Below are positions 1 to 13,574 of a stretch of 64,000 nt of DNA, in pieces; the first letter of the stretch is position 1; each line of letters starts with the position of its first letter. The stretch spans positions 45,446,001 to 45,510,000 of the forward strand of contig NC_043008.1 of the NCBI RefSeq assembly GCF_006345805.1, in the 5' to 3' direction. A program made the translations under genes and the position numbers. A model generated the notes under the pieces. The model did no database searches and was not told the DNA's origin. It was given only the letters and a program-made list of their open reading frames with translations. The DNA comes from Octopus sinensis. Taxonomy: Eukaryota.

Positions 1-1104
1 ACTTGTCAAAACAGAATGAAAATAGAGATCACATTGTTATGTTTATGCATTCCTTTTCCAAGATTTTTGATGTGAAATCCTTAGTTGAAATATATATTGT
101 TATATTTCGGGAGGGTTATTTTTACTTTTGTCAAATAAACACACACTCTATACTATCATTTCATATTAATTTTTGCTTTTATTTTATGTCTTTTGTCTGG
201 AAATTTTATTTTTATTTTTTATTTTTTGTCTTTTGTTTGAAAATCTTTCGTCATATGTCCTGTGACTTTTCTGCAACACTCCATCCCACGTGTTTAGTTC
301 ACTCCGTCTTTCTGTTTTTTTTTCTGAAAAGACTGAATAGAGTAAATAGAACAGGAGACAGGTGGAATGGAGGGTCGCTGAAGAGGTCACGTGACGAAAG
401 ATTTCCAGATAAAGGGCATAGAATATGAACAAATAAATCTGAAATGAAGAACGAATATATAGTTCGTGTGTTTATTTTGGCCGAAAATGTGACCATCCTG
501 AAATATAACAATAAATATCACAGTTTACTGTAAACACTAAAAGCTGGGATACAGTCTATAGTATAAGATACACAGATGGATGGTGTAGAAACAGGACAAC
601 GACATATAATGCGGAGACAATGCGTAGCATAGCTGAGTGGATAGGTGAACACTGGCGGGAACTCTAAGATGGAAAAATGTTCGTCAGTGCTCTACGAACA
701 TGCACCATTAGAACCTGGAGACTCGATTAATATCATAGATGTTAAAATAATACCAACACGTAGAACAGCCACGACAGAATGGAATAATAACAACCCCCAC
801 CCACTTCACTACACTATGCAACCTCAAGGCTAAAGACAGAATGAGAAAAAATGATAGATACAAACAGTATAATACGAAAACCCGTATACATATGCATACT
901 AAAGACGGAATGAAAAATAAATACGTAAAGAGACGGATACAAAAAGTGTAAAAAACAACCAACCACTTAGACACGCCGACGCACAAGCACACACAGACAC
1001 ATACACACATAGATACAAGCGCAATCGCTTGCGCAGATAAGGACACATACCACAGAAAGACAAAATGGACGAAGTAGAACCAGAGAAGGCGCGAATAGGG
1101 TGTG

Positions 1105-3203
1105 TGACAGAATTGTATGATCCTTGAGAACTGTCACAACAAGCGCAGAAATCTCAGCACCGCATGGATTGACTACAAAAAGGCCTTCGACAGTATACCG
1201 CATCCATGGGTCTTGAAATCGCTGGACATCTTCAAAATTTCCCCTGTGATTTCAAACTTCCTGAAGCACAATATGTCGTTGTGGAATACGAATCTCCAAT
1301 TATACCACTCTAATGGAGTACTTGCCTCAGAAAATATAAACATCAACTGTGGAATTTTTCAAGGTGACTCACTTTCACCTTTAATATTCTGCATAGCCCT
1401 AATACCCCTTACAAGTGAATTAAACAGAACAGGGTATGGGTATAAATTGCCAATAAAAAAATAAGCCATCTATTTTATATGGATGACTTAAAACTTTATG
1501 GTAAAGACAATAATGAACTTGAAGGCCTATTGCGCACCGTGAAAGCATTCAGCGATGACATCGGGATGGAGTTTGGACTTGAGAAGTATGCCAAGGCCAC
1601 TTTCCAGAAAGGGAAAGTGAAGACCACAAATTCAGTCGTGTTAGATGTTGACACAGTCATAAGAGAGCTTGAGCAAGAACAAACATACAAATATTTAGGG
1701 ATAAATGAAGGCTCTGGTATTCAGCATGCAAGCATGAAAGAGAAAATCAGGAAGGAATGTTATAGGAGAGTTCGTGCAGTCCTGAAATCTGAACTAAATG
1801 CACGTAACAAGGTGTTAGCTATAAATTCCTTAGCAGTTCCAGTTGTTACTTATAGCTACAATGTGTTGAACTGGAATTTGAGTGAAGTAAAGAATATAGA
1901 TAGGAAAATACGCAAGCTGCTGAGTTGTAATAGGATGCACCACCCAAAGGCAGACGTAGATCGCCTTTACCTTCCCAGAGCCCAAGGAGGTCGAGGCCTG
2001 ATCCAATTTGAACTAGCTTACAAAACAACCACAATTGGACTGGCCAAATATCTCGAAATATCGAATGACTGGATGCTAAAGCTCGTGGAAAATCACGAGA
2101 GACGAAAGAAGCTTCATTCTATCATAAAGGAAAGCAAAACAATTGCTGAACAACCCGAGGGAAGTACGGCAACTATTGTTACAAAGAAGGTGAAAATGAT
2201 GGCAATGAAAAAAGCGCACGAGCAATTGGCTGATAGGTGGGAGGAGAAACCTCTGCACGGCAAATATGTGACCCGCAGCAAACAAGCTGATGTTGACCAG
2301 AAGCAAACCCATCAGTGGCTACGGAGCTCAGGGCTAAAAGCAGAGAGCGAAGGTTTCATCCTGGCTGCTCAAGATCAAAGCCTATTAACCCGGAACTACC
2401 AGGCCAATGTGATGAAAAATGGAGCAGACCAAAATGCCGATTCTGCAACGACATGATTGAAACAGTGGACCACCTAATCTCTGGATGTAAAGTCTTAGCA
2501 CCAGTGGAGTATAAATTAAGACATGACAGAGTTGGCCAATATCTCCACTGGCTAATAAGTCGGCATTACAATATCAAAACTGCCGACAAGTGTATAATCA
2601 CCACCCTGAGGCTGTAACTGAAGGAGAAAATGTAACCATTCTGTGGGACTTTCCAGTACATACAGACCGAACCATCAAGGCCAATAAACCAGATATTGTT
2701 GTGAAAGACCAAAACAATAAAGTTTGCTTATTGATCGACATGAGCATCCCCTGTGATCATAATATCTCAGCGAAAGAGTTTGACAAGCTCAGAAAATATA
2801 AAGACCTACTCATTGAAATTGAGAAAATGTGGCATCTCAAGGCGGTTACAATACCAGTGATCGTAGGAGCACTAGGAATGATCAAGAAGGGAACCGAAAA
2901 TTATATGAGAATGATCCCTGGCTTACCATCCCTGCAAGAAGTGCAAAAGATTGTCTTAACTGGTACATCACACGTATTGAGAAGAGCATTGTCGATGTGA
3001 GAACTCTTGCTGCTCATGTATTTTAATTTAACTTTAAAAAAAAAAAATTTTTTTAAATGAACGAACTACTGAGTTTGGTTTAATGGCCTACCAATGTATA
3101 CTATGAGTTTCTTTGCCCTAGGAGTCGGGAAGACACTCGGCAAGAAATGGAAACAAATTTGAAAGAAGAAAAAAAAAAGTAATAATAATAATAATAATAA
3201 TAA
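1105..3203 (+). mobile_element. 5'-truncated R4/Dong-like non-LTR retrotransposon (RT + CCHC knuckle + restriction-like endonuclease), frameshifted
   Basis: ORF pieces 1117-1464, 1479-2456, 2315-2617 and 2590-3000 give RT motifs (WIDYKKAFDSIPH, GIFQGDSLSPL, YMDDLKLY, YKYLG), the knuckle CRFC..ETVDHLISGC and the RLE KPDIVV..LIDMSIP..K..KY. The element ends in a (TAA)n run at ~3180-3203. Confidence 0.85.
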
Positions 3204-5054
3204 AGTGTGTTTAATTGGCAGAATATGACCGTCTCCAAATATTTAAGATATACGTGCATATTTGTACGTAGAATCGTCTTCAAATATTCGTAATATTCGA
3301 CTTAAGTTACTTTAAAATACCAAGTGTAATATTGATTTAAATTTCTGCTGCGGTATAATCATATATTCACGCATACACACTCACGAGCACACACACACGT
3401 AATATTGCATGTTTCTTAGATTATGCATATTATTAGACTGGCAAATCGATAATACGACACTTTTTATAGGACAAAAACAAATCATAGCCGAACATTATTC
3501 ATTTGTCTGTCACTGGTGACATCACTTCTGTGACATTTCGTTTGTCGTTTTTTGAGCTGAAATAATAGGAACGAAAGCCTAATCGAGCAAATCCGATGCC
3601 AAGCACATCGACGACTGCATCATATCAGAAGGCACGTTTGTTATCTGAAGGCAAAGATAATATAATGCTTTAGTTCTAATTTCATCCATATCTCATAATC
3701 AATATTCATGAGTGTCATTCTCGGGTAGAATGATCTTTGCGTTTTGTTTTAGAAAAATGATATTTAAGTGTACGTAAAATGAAGTCAATGTGTGCTTCTA
3801 ATAGAAAAAAAAACGTTTTTCACATTCTTCTGAAAATGTACACACACACATTCGAATTTTGCGATTTGTTTTGCTATATTTTTCTGGATTCGTATCAGAT
3901 ATTTTCCATTTTTGCCCGTTAATACCTAACATGTATTGTCCAAGTATATTTTGCTATTTTACTCATCGCTAAATCTCAAATCATTCTCTTATCACTCGTT
4001 CCATTGTCAACAGCCAGAAATTTACCAAATTGGTTACTGTAAACGGGTTCCATCGTTTGTCATAAACTTATAAAAGAAGCTCGCCTTAGTCTTCAACAAG
4101 TACTACTGACAAAATATTCATGCTATTCCGAAAATACAATTTTGAATTAAGGTTTATGATAAAATCTTCCTAGCCCAGACGCCCCGCCACAACCGTATAT
4201 TTCTATAATATTTGTACTGAGCAAACTGAACTACTTTAGTTCCCATTAATAACTTCTCAGGATTCTATGTTCTGTTACAATAAAATTCAAAGTGCAAAAT
4301 TCATCTAAATTTAGTCTTTTTTTCCAAATATCTATAAATTTTCAAATGCATTTTCCTAAAACAAATCATTGGATCCATTTTCTTAATATTTACAAATTAA
4401 ATCGTAAGCAATATGTGGCAATATCTTGTGATCTTTTGGATTATACCATTGTGTTGAAGATAAATATTTCTGTTCCACTGCAGTAACAATTTTGTTTTGT
4501 CTAGGGAGAGTTATTATGCCAATATTATTAACACAAGTGTTTTAATACTGGCATAATGACTCTCCCAAGACACAACAAAATTTCTTTCAACACACGAATT
4601 CGCATAAAGAATCTTGCAAAATAAATACAAAATCGAAGTACATTAACAATCTTATTGCAGTAGAAATGTCATTACCAAATACAGCAGGATTTTCTGCAGA
4701 CGTTTGGTTGAAATTTAATCTCAGAAGACAGGATGATGTATGGTAGTGACCGTAAAATATATGAAACAACTGCTAGAGCTAACGATATGAATTTAATAGC
4801 TGAATTACTTATAGACATAGTCCTACAAATATACACACAAGCGTCTATATGTTTGCATTTACGTGTAAATAATTATACCACATCTATAACATTAGCGCAT
4901 AAATTGAAATGTTTAATAGAATTGGAAATACAAATGTTAAACCAGTATTGCACCATATCATACGTACACTTATTAGAGCGTATTGTGTAAGTCAATGTCT
5001 CTGTATAAATAACGATAAACACAGGCATACACACGTACATTTAGATTTGCATGT

Positions 5055-5093
<39 letters not shown>

Positions 5094-6039
5094 TAATGAA
5101 ATCACCTATATTACAAGAGTACCTGATAACGTTATGGCCAGGTAAAATTAACTGAATAGAATATGACTCCTATTCAATTATTTGCATTAAAAAAACTCAC
5201 CAAATTCTATCTTGCATACGATTCTTTCAACTAATTTCGTAGTTGCATTAAATATCAAATTAACAATGATATAGTCTCAATGCTTTATATCCCTTAATCG
5301 GTACCGTATGTGTTGCAATGATTGAGATACTTCCGAGAACCGGTAATCGAATAAAATGTTTGTGAGATACTGTTGTCTGACGGATCGTTGGAAACTTCGA
5401 TTTATTAAAATTAGTCTCAAAACAAGACGAAGACTTCAAATTTTGTCACTGATGTGAAATCTGTGGCTACAACTCTACATGAAACATTTTAAGCACAGTT
5501 ATCTAAGAATCTCTGTTCCATCGCACATTTGTTGTGTATGCATACACTTTTGTGAAAGAATATATTATACTTGAGTATAATTAAATACGAAATATTTAGT
5601 GGCTCAACTCATGCACATAAGTAAAAAAAATCTCCACATGGCCTTAGCTGGGACGGCTAAAATAACTTTGATAATTAAAGTAAAGAACACATTGATACGG
5701 CATCTTGCAAAGAGTAATTTTCACAGGACAACTAAATCTATATGTACAAAATATATTAAAATATATCTAAGTGTACTAAATATTTTGTTTACAAAAAACA
5801 TAACAGTAAACATTTCAATATTTTACGTTAAAAGTTTTGAAAAGCATTTTAAAAATGAACAATATTCTGTAACTATTTTCGTGAAATTACTCCAACAAAG
5901 AATAGATAACTTGTTGCACAATCTATCAGTTATTTCATTATTACTATACAATAAGCATGAATCCAAGCGCAGAACACATTCTATTTCGAAGACATCAACG
6001 CATTCTATTGTTATTGAATATGGAGATCACATAAATCTG

Positions 6040-6230
6040 TCTCAAGGTGACAAGCTGTCAGAACCGTTAGCAGACAGAGCAAAATGCTTTCGCCCGTCTT
6101 TACGTTCTGAGTTCAAATTCTGCTAAAGTCGACTTTACCTTTCATCCTTTCAGGGTTGATAAAATAAGTACCAGTTGAGCACTGGGGTTGACGTAATCGA
6201 CTTGCCACCTCCCTCAATATTGCTGGCCTC
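6040..6230 (+). mobile_element. Degraded tRNA-derived SINE (central block resembles the Meta-type SINE domain, from recall)
   Basis: A-box-like AGCTGTCAGAACCG and B-box-like GAGTTCAAATTC, followed by GTCGACTTTACCTTTCATCCTTTCAGGGTTGATAAAATAAGTACCAGTTGAGCACTGGGG. Confidence 0.6.
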
Positions 6231-8539
6231 CTACCATAATTATGAACCAATGTTATATCCTGTCTCTAATTTCCATTTCAATTGTCTTGAAATTACAATT
6301 TTATTAAATGTGGTATTATGTGGTAATCGTATTAGGAGAGAGGATCTTGATGAAACAAATCGATCATTTACGTCATCGCTAATGTCCTTGAGAAGAGCAT
6401 AAGAACCAAGTTGTTTTTATATATATTTCATTTCGACCCAAAATATTTCGCCGACATCAAATATAGATAAATGATATTATGAATAGATTCTACTAATCTA
6501 TTTGTTTGAACATTTAAAAGTACCTCTTGAATACAATACTGCAGCTTTTCAAAGCAGCTACTAAAAGTTGTTAGTAATAGAAAGAAGAGTTCGCTAATTT
6601 CAATCCTCATTTGCAAAACCAATTGACTTTCAATATGTTCCTGATTTAAGACTGAGACATAAATCTAAACTTCCCGGAGCCGTTGTCATATACTGGAGAA
6701 GATTTAGCAAATGAAAATAGATTGTTGCTCGGCAACATTTTGAAGGATATAGAAAGGCATTAGAATTATCAATATTTGCAGCAAAACCATTACTTCATAT
6801 GCACACGCTAGCTGTGTCTCTTCATATTGAAGAGACGATGAAGTTTTGTTAAAGTATACAGTCTATTTTATGAAATCACATATTTAAATTTGCTTGTATG
6901 CCAATTTTAATTGTGGACAAACGTATTCACTAAAATGAGCTGGGAACTCCGAAATGTCATTGAGATTTGCTTTACATTCGATATTTTATTCCATATCAAT
7001 GAAAACTTATATCAATTTGTAACATAAGGCCCCTGCCTACATATACACAGAGAAAAACAAAGACGTTATTATATGAAGATGGTCTTATATGGAAGCAGTA
7101 CATTATTTAGAACGTCCTGGTTCTTAACGTATCAGTTTTCTATTTTGATTAAAATGTAAATGGTTGGATACCGAATCAGCTTCTAATATGTTTTGTTGTT
7201 TTAAAAATATGTATGCAAAGCATTTGTTCTTCCATTGCTTCTGCAACTTCTTATTTGGATCTGTGTTTTGACTTCAAGCTAAAACCGATCCCGGTTCACA
7301 GAAAAATCATAGCATAGGTTTCTGTGCTTTACAGAGATTAAGGTTTAATGTGCGCGCCGAACTCTGCAATATATGAATGAACTCGAAATATGATGGGACA
7401 ATGGCTTATATTTGAAACATGGTAATGCCATTTTATTTAAATTATATAATTACATAGTTAATACATTGAATATCACATCATCCGTAAGTCATGCGTTGTT
7501 TCAGTGACAATGACATTTGCATTCTTATACAATATATTTAACCTAACCCAGCTGGGATCTTAGTCTTCTATTCTGCAAGCACAAGACAAGGCAGATGTTA
7601 CAAACGATAATATAAACCAAGAGGCTTATACCGGACATTAGTGCAGCCACTAATGCACAATATTTTTCATATTTAGACTCAGCTCTGTTGAAGTCACATC
7701 CTAATATCTTAATAGGAAATATTGAACAGCCTTTCTAAAACTGTGTCTCTCAAAACTTAGAGTTTCGCGCGAAACAGTTGTCAATAAGCTAATTATATAA
7801 GAATACATTTTCATGCCTGGTTTGTGTTTAATTTGATGCTCGAGAGTTTGTTATATGCGCAGAATATATTCCCACACGAAGAGATATTTTGACTCGTTTA
7901 CAGATATCAGGCAGATGCCCCAGGAACAATAACACCTTAACCAGAAGAAATCTAGGCTAGAAGTAACCTTTTCATTACTTTTACTTAAGGAGAAATTCAC
8001 GCAACGCACTATATTTTTAAAAAATCTATCTATCTATTATTGATATTGATATTTACTTAGCTGCGGGCGTAAGGTGAGGGAACAGAAGGATTAACAAACA
8101 CAATTTGAATTTTTAATTCAATTCCACGTGCATTTGATTGAGGATTAGTTAATAGTGATAAAAATTCGACAAGAAACCAAGGACGGAAAACATCCCGGCG
8201 AGGGAATTCAATTCATTATGTTTTACTTTTTAGTGAGAGAAGTAATGTTCAGATGAGAAGTATTTTATTTTTGAGCAAAACATTCTTTTAAGCGAGTGTT
8301 TCTGTGTTAAACTATAATCGTCTTCAAATGTACATTATATGTGATATACTCAAAAACTTTTCACTCACACACACTCACGCACATACTCGCCTACATAGGT
8401 ACACACATACATATAAGTGAACTGGACGTCCTTGAAAGTGAGTAAATAAATAAGGTCAAATGAAGCACCAATGTGTGGTTCAAACAGATCAAACTTCAAG
8501 CGTTTCCTCCACAGGTCTTATACCATATTCTACACTATA

Positions 8540-8549
8540 CACACACACA

Positions 8550-8624
<75 letters not shown>

Positions 8625-9036
8625 CAGCTATATAATGCTGATAATAACCTACTGCATGCCATAATTATAATCCTGGAAACAGCGCCACTTACAACAGCAC
8701 TATCCCAAACATCATCAAGAACACATCAATAACACTGCCGCAAGTACCACGATCTCATTTAATCACCGCAATCCCTACCACCACCACTATAATTTTGTCT
8801 AATCTCTACAACTACCAGTACCGGTGCCACCAGTATGTCCACTTCGTAGATCATCACCAATACCGCTTCAATGAGGCTTAAAACCAAACAAGTTTCTCTT
8901 ACTGTTCATAAACGTTGTAGTTGTAACACTATATATATATATATATATTATATAATATATATATATATATTATATATATATATATGTATGTATGTATGTA
9001 TACAATTAGGATGCCGAGTGCTGGGAACACACACAC

Positions 9037-9068
<32 letters not shown>

Positions 9069-9096
9069 ACACACACACACACTATATATATATATA

Positions 9097-9130
<34 letters not shown>

Positions 9131-9131
9131 T

Positions 9132-9175
<44 letters not shown>

Positions 9176-9476
9176 CAGCTATATAATGCTGATAATAACC
9201 TACTGCATGCCATAATTATAATCCTGGAAACAGCGCCACTTACAACAGCACTATCCCAAACATCATCAAGAACACATCAATAACACTGCCGCAAGTACCA
9301 CGATCTCATTTAATCACCGCAATCCCTACCACCACCACTATAATTTTGTCTAATCTCTACAACTACCAGTACCGGTGCCACCAGTATGTCCACTTCGTAG
9401 ATCATCACCAATACCGCTTCAATGAGGCTTAAAACCAAACAAGTTTCTCTTACTGTTCATAAACGTTGTAGTTGTA

Positions 9477-9550
<74 letters not shown>

Positions 9551-9583
9551 GTATACAATTAGGATGCCGAGTGCTGGGAACAC
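8540..9583. repeat. ~551-bp local tandem duplication interleaved with (TA)n/(CA)n
   Basis: The block starting AAATCAGCTATATAATGCTG recurs at 8621 and 9172. Both copies end in TACAATTAGGATGCCGAGTGCTGGGAACAC (ends 9030 and 9583). Confidence 0.9.
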
Positions 9584-12553
9584 AAAAAGAAACTGATCGG
9601 TCCGAGGTGTAAAGTTATCGGTAAATGTTTTTGATTTTCACTCTCGATAAGTTCATCTTCTTTTTGTGTTCCCAGCACTCGGCATCCTAATTTAGGGGCC
9701 TTTAATTGTATAACTACATGAATAATATTTTTCTATACGAATAATATTTTTGTCTTATGACTGATTCGTCTTTTGTGCTGGGCACCTGGTAGTAACTAAT
9801 ATTTCTACCCTTCTTGTTTATATTCGCATATTTACATGATGAATTTATTCGTAAAATTCTTCCCGGCATGCCCTATACTGCCGTGTAGATTTTGCGTCTG
9901 CGCAGAGATTTGAAAAGTTAAGATCTGCTAGTAGTCGAGATCGACACATGTTCTCACATCGCTGCAGACCTCGATTCAATTTAGGCGACTCGTTGATAAA
10001 GCCAGCCTTAGCAAACATATTTTGTGTTTTGCTAGAAAGAGGCAGAAACTGATCGGTCCGAGGTGTAAAGTTATCGGTAAATGTTTTTGATTTTCACTCT
10101 CGATAAGTTCATCTTCTTTTTGTGTTCCCAGCACTCGGCATCCTAATTTAGGGGCCTTTAATTGTATAACTACATGAATAATATTTTTCTATACGAATAA
10201 TTTTTTGTCTTATGACTGATTCGTCTTTTGTGCTGGGCACCTGGTAGTAACTATATTTCTACCCTTCTTGTTTATATTCGCATATTTACATGATGAATTT
10301 ATTCGTAAAATTCTTCCGGCATGCCCTATACTGCCGTGTAGATTTTGCGTCTGCGCAGAGATTTGAAAAGTTAAGATCTGCTAGTAGTCGAGATCGACAC
10401 ATGTTCTCACACAGTCGCTGCAGACCTCGATTCAATTTAGGCGACTCGTTGATAAAGCCAGCCTTAGCAAACATATTTTGTGTTTTGCTAGAAAGAGGCA
10501 GAAACTGATCGGTCCGAGGTGTAAAGTTATCGGTAAATGTTTTTGATTTTCACTCTCGATAAGTTCATCTTCTTTTTGTGTGTTCCAGCACTCGGCATCC
10601 TAATTTAGGGGCTTTAATTGTATAACTACATGAATAATATTTTTCTATACGAATAATATTTTTGTCTTATGACTGATTCGTCTTTTGTGCTGGGCACCTG
10701 GTAGTAACTAATATTTCTACCCTCTTGTTTATATTCGCATATTTACATGATGAATTTATTCGTAAAATTCTTCCCGGCATGCCTATACTGCCGTGTAGAT
10801 TTTGCGTCTGCGCAGAGATTTGAAAAGTTAAGATCTGCTAGTAGTCGAGATCGACACATGTTCTCACATCGCTGCAGACCTCGATTCAATTTAGGCGACT
10901 CGTTGATAAAGCCAGCCTTAGCAAACATATTTTGTGTTTTGCTAGAAAGGGCAGAAACTGATCGGTCCGAGTGTAAAGTTATCGGTAAATGTTTTTGTTT
11001 TCACTCTCGATAAGTTCATCATCTTCTTTTTGTGTTCCAGCACTCGGCATCCTAATTTAGGGGCCTTTAATTGTATAACTACATACACATGAATAATATT
11101 TTTCTATACGAATAATATTTTTGTCTTATGACTGATTCGTCTTTTGTGCTGGGCACCTGGTAGTAACTAATATTTCTACCCTTCTTGTTTATATTCGCAT
11201 ATTTACATGATGAATTTATTCGTAAAATTCTTCCCGGCATGCCCTATACTGCCGTGTAGATTTTGCGTCTGCGCAGAGATTTGAAAAGTTAAGATCTGCT
11301 AGTAGTCGAGATCGACACATGTTCTCACATCGCTGCAGACCTCGATTCAATTTAGGCGACTCGTTGATAAAGCCAGCCTTAGCAAACATTTTGTGTTTTG
11401 CTAGAAAGAGGCAGAAACTGATCGGTCCAGGTGTAAAGTTATCGGTAAATGTTTTTGATTTTCACTCTCGATAAGTTCATCTTCTTTTTGTGTTCCCAGC
11501 ACTCGGCATCCTAATTTAGGGGCCTTTAATTGTATAACTACATGATAATATTTTTCTATACGAATAATATTTTTGTCTTATGACTGATCGTCTTTTGTGC
11601 TGGGCACCTGGTAGTAACTAATATTTCTACCCTTCTTGTTTATATTCGCATATTTACATGATGAATTTATTCGTAAAATTCTTCCCGGCATGCCCTATAC
11701 TGCCGTGTAGATTTTGCGTCTGCGCAGAGATTTGAAGTTAAGATCTGCTAGTAGTCGAGATCGACACAGTGTTCTCACATCGCTGCAGACCTCGATTCAA
11801 TTTGGCGACTCGTTGATAAAGCCAGCCTTAGCAAACATATTTTTGTGTCTAGAAAAGGCAGAAACTGATCGGTCCGAGGTGTAAAGTTATCGGTAAATGT
11901 TTTTGATTTTCACTCTCGATAAGTTCATCTTCTTTTTGTGTTCCAGCACTCGGCATCCTAATTAGGGGCCTTTAATTGTATAACTACATGAATAATATTT
12001 TTCTATACGAATAATATTTTTGTCTTATGACTGATTCGTCTTTTGTGCTGGGCACCTGGTAGTAACTAATATTTCTACCCTTCTTGTTTATATTCGCATA
12101 TTTACATGATGAATTTATTCGTAAAATTCTTCCCGGCATGCCCTATACTGCCGTGTAGATTTTGCGTCTGCGCAGAGATTTGAAAAGTTAAGATCTGCTA
12201 GTAGTCGAGATCGACACATGTTCTCACATCGCTGCAGACCTCGATTCAATTTAGGCGACTCGTTGATAAAGCCAGCCTTAGCAAACATATTTTGTGTTTT
12301 GCTAGAAAGAGGCAGAAACTGATCGGTCCGAGGTGTAAAGTTATCGGTAAATGTTTTTGATTTTCACTCTCGATAAGTTCATCTTCTTTTTGTGTTCCCA
12401 GCACTCGGCATCCTAATTTAGGGGCCTTTAATTGTATAACTACATGAATAATATTTTTCTATACGAATAATATTTTTGTCTTATGACTGATTCGTCTTTT
12501 GTGCTGGGCACCTGGTAGTAACTAATATTTCTACCCTTCTTGTTTATATTCGC

Positions 12554-12556
<3 letters not shown>
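9552..12556 (+). repeat. Tandem array 1: ~455-bp monomer x ~6.5 with a short 5' inverted arm; candidate hammerhead-bearing (retrozyme-like) satellite
   Basis: The anchor AACTGATCGG recurs at 9591, 10048, 10503, 10956, 11416, 11863 and 12318. 9557-9592 is the reverse complement of a segment inside the monomer. The array is flanked by (TATG)n on both sides. Confidence 0.9.
9989..10062 (+). ncRNA. Candidate type I hammerhead ribozyme (U3:A8 variant, long stem II); representative copy, one at each monomer junction of array 1
   Basis: CTCG (stem I), TTGATAA core, A, GCC..GGC plus TTAGCAAA/TTTGCTAG stem II, A, GAAA, palindromic stem III ACTGATCGGT, C17 (GUC at 10056-10058), CGAG (stem I). Deviation: A.A mismatch at positions 10.1/11.1. 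Confidence 0.55.
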
Positions 12557-12584
<28 letters not shown>

Positions 12585-12620
12585 TGTATGTATGTATGTA
12601 TGTATGTATGTATGTATGTA

Positions 12621-12673
<53 letters not shown>

Positions 12674-12684
12674 TGTGTGTGGAT

Positions 12685-13560
12685 GTCTGTATAGTTTCAG
12701 CTCAACGCTGTGGTCATACAGGAGTACCGCCGTTATGTTCCACTGTTATTATTGAGAGCCTCCTCTAATATGTGGCATTTTGTGAATAAGGGAGTTTGAT
12801 GTCGCTACCTTATTTTGCACCTCTTGCCGTCGAGTAGGTTCATCTAGGACTCTCAAGAGGAAGAAGTCCAGTTTTGATTTGAAAACACATTCACTCTGTG
12901 TAGATCCCTCAGGCTCTTTGGGAGAATATTAAAAGACTGTGGGCCTCTGAAACCTAGGCAGTTACAGTATCTAATCCTGAAGCGCGATGGTGTTGCTGGG
13001 ACCTTTGGTACTGTGCCGTGTCGATCCGTTCTGACATTTATGTAGCTTTCACTGCCAAAATTAGGCACAGGATCTTCCAGGTGTATATTACTGCATAACT
13101 CTCCTGCCTTTGCTCCAGAGAGTTGAGTCTTAGCTGTTTCAGGCTTTCCCAGTAGCTGAACTGTTGCAAAGAGACGATCTTCTTTGTGAAGCTCCGCTGG
13201 ATTGCCTCGAGGTCTGCTGTTAATTTTACACTGTTGGGTAACCAGATCTGGGAGCAGTAATCCAGGCGGCTGAGGACGAATGACCTCCAGAAGACCATCA
13301 TGGCTTCCTTGTCTCTGGTTCAGAACGTTCTACGGATCCATCCATCTGTACTTTATCGCCACCCTGATAATGTCACTTGGAAAGAGGTATCATCACTTTT
13401 GTCGATACCCAAGTCCCTCACTCATTTAGACTCTGGGATTGTAATGCTCTTTGGACCAGTAGACCCTGTAAGTTTCATATTCAGTTTTGGATGCTGGTAG
13501 CGCAGGGCTTGGAACTTTTCATGACTTTGGTGATGTGGGAAGTCAGAGAGAGAGGCCTAT
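12685..13560 (-). mobile_element. 3' fragment of CR1/L2-group LINE, family A, degraded
   Basis: Minus ORF RSFVLSRLDYCSQIW..LEAIQRSFTKKI..LNSLEQR and LGFRGPQSFNILPK. The terminal motif GGCGGTACTCCTGTATGACCACAGC..GCTGAAACT lies at ~12690-12735. Confidence 0.8.
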
Positions 13561-13574
13561 AGATTTTGGCATAC

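Noticed and set aside
9910-9955. Second hammerhead-like motif in array 1 (TTGAAAA..GAC-ACATGT-TCTC)
   Set aside because: The GAAA core is absent, and TTGAAAA is common in AT-rich DNA.
10286-11013. 60-88 aa ORFs inside array 1 monomers
   Set aside because: They are short, frames differ between copies, and no motif is recognisable.
9591-12556. CRISPR interpretation of the tandem arrays (also 47246-49988)
   Set aside because: Monomers are 360-460 bp, repeated head-to-tail without unique spacers, in a eukaryotic context with no cas genes.
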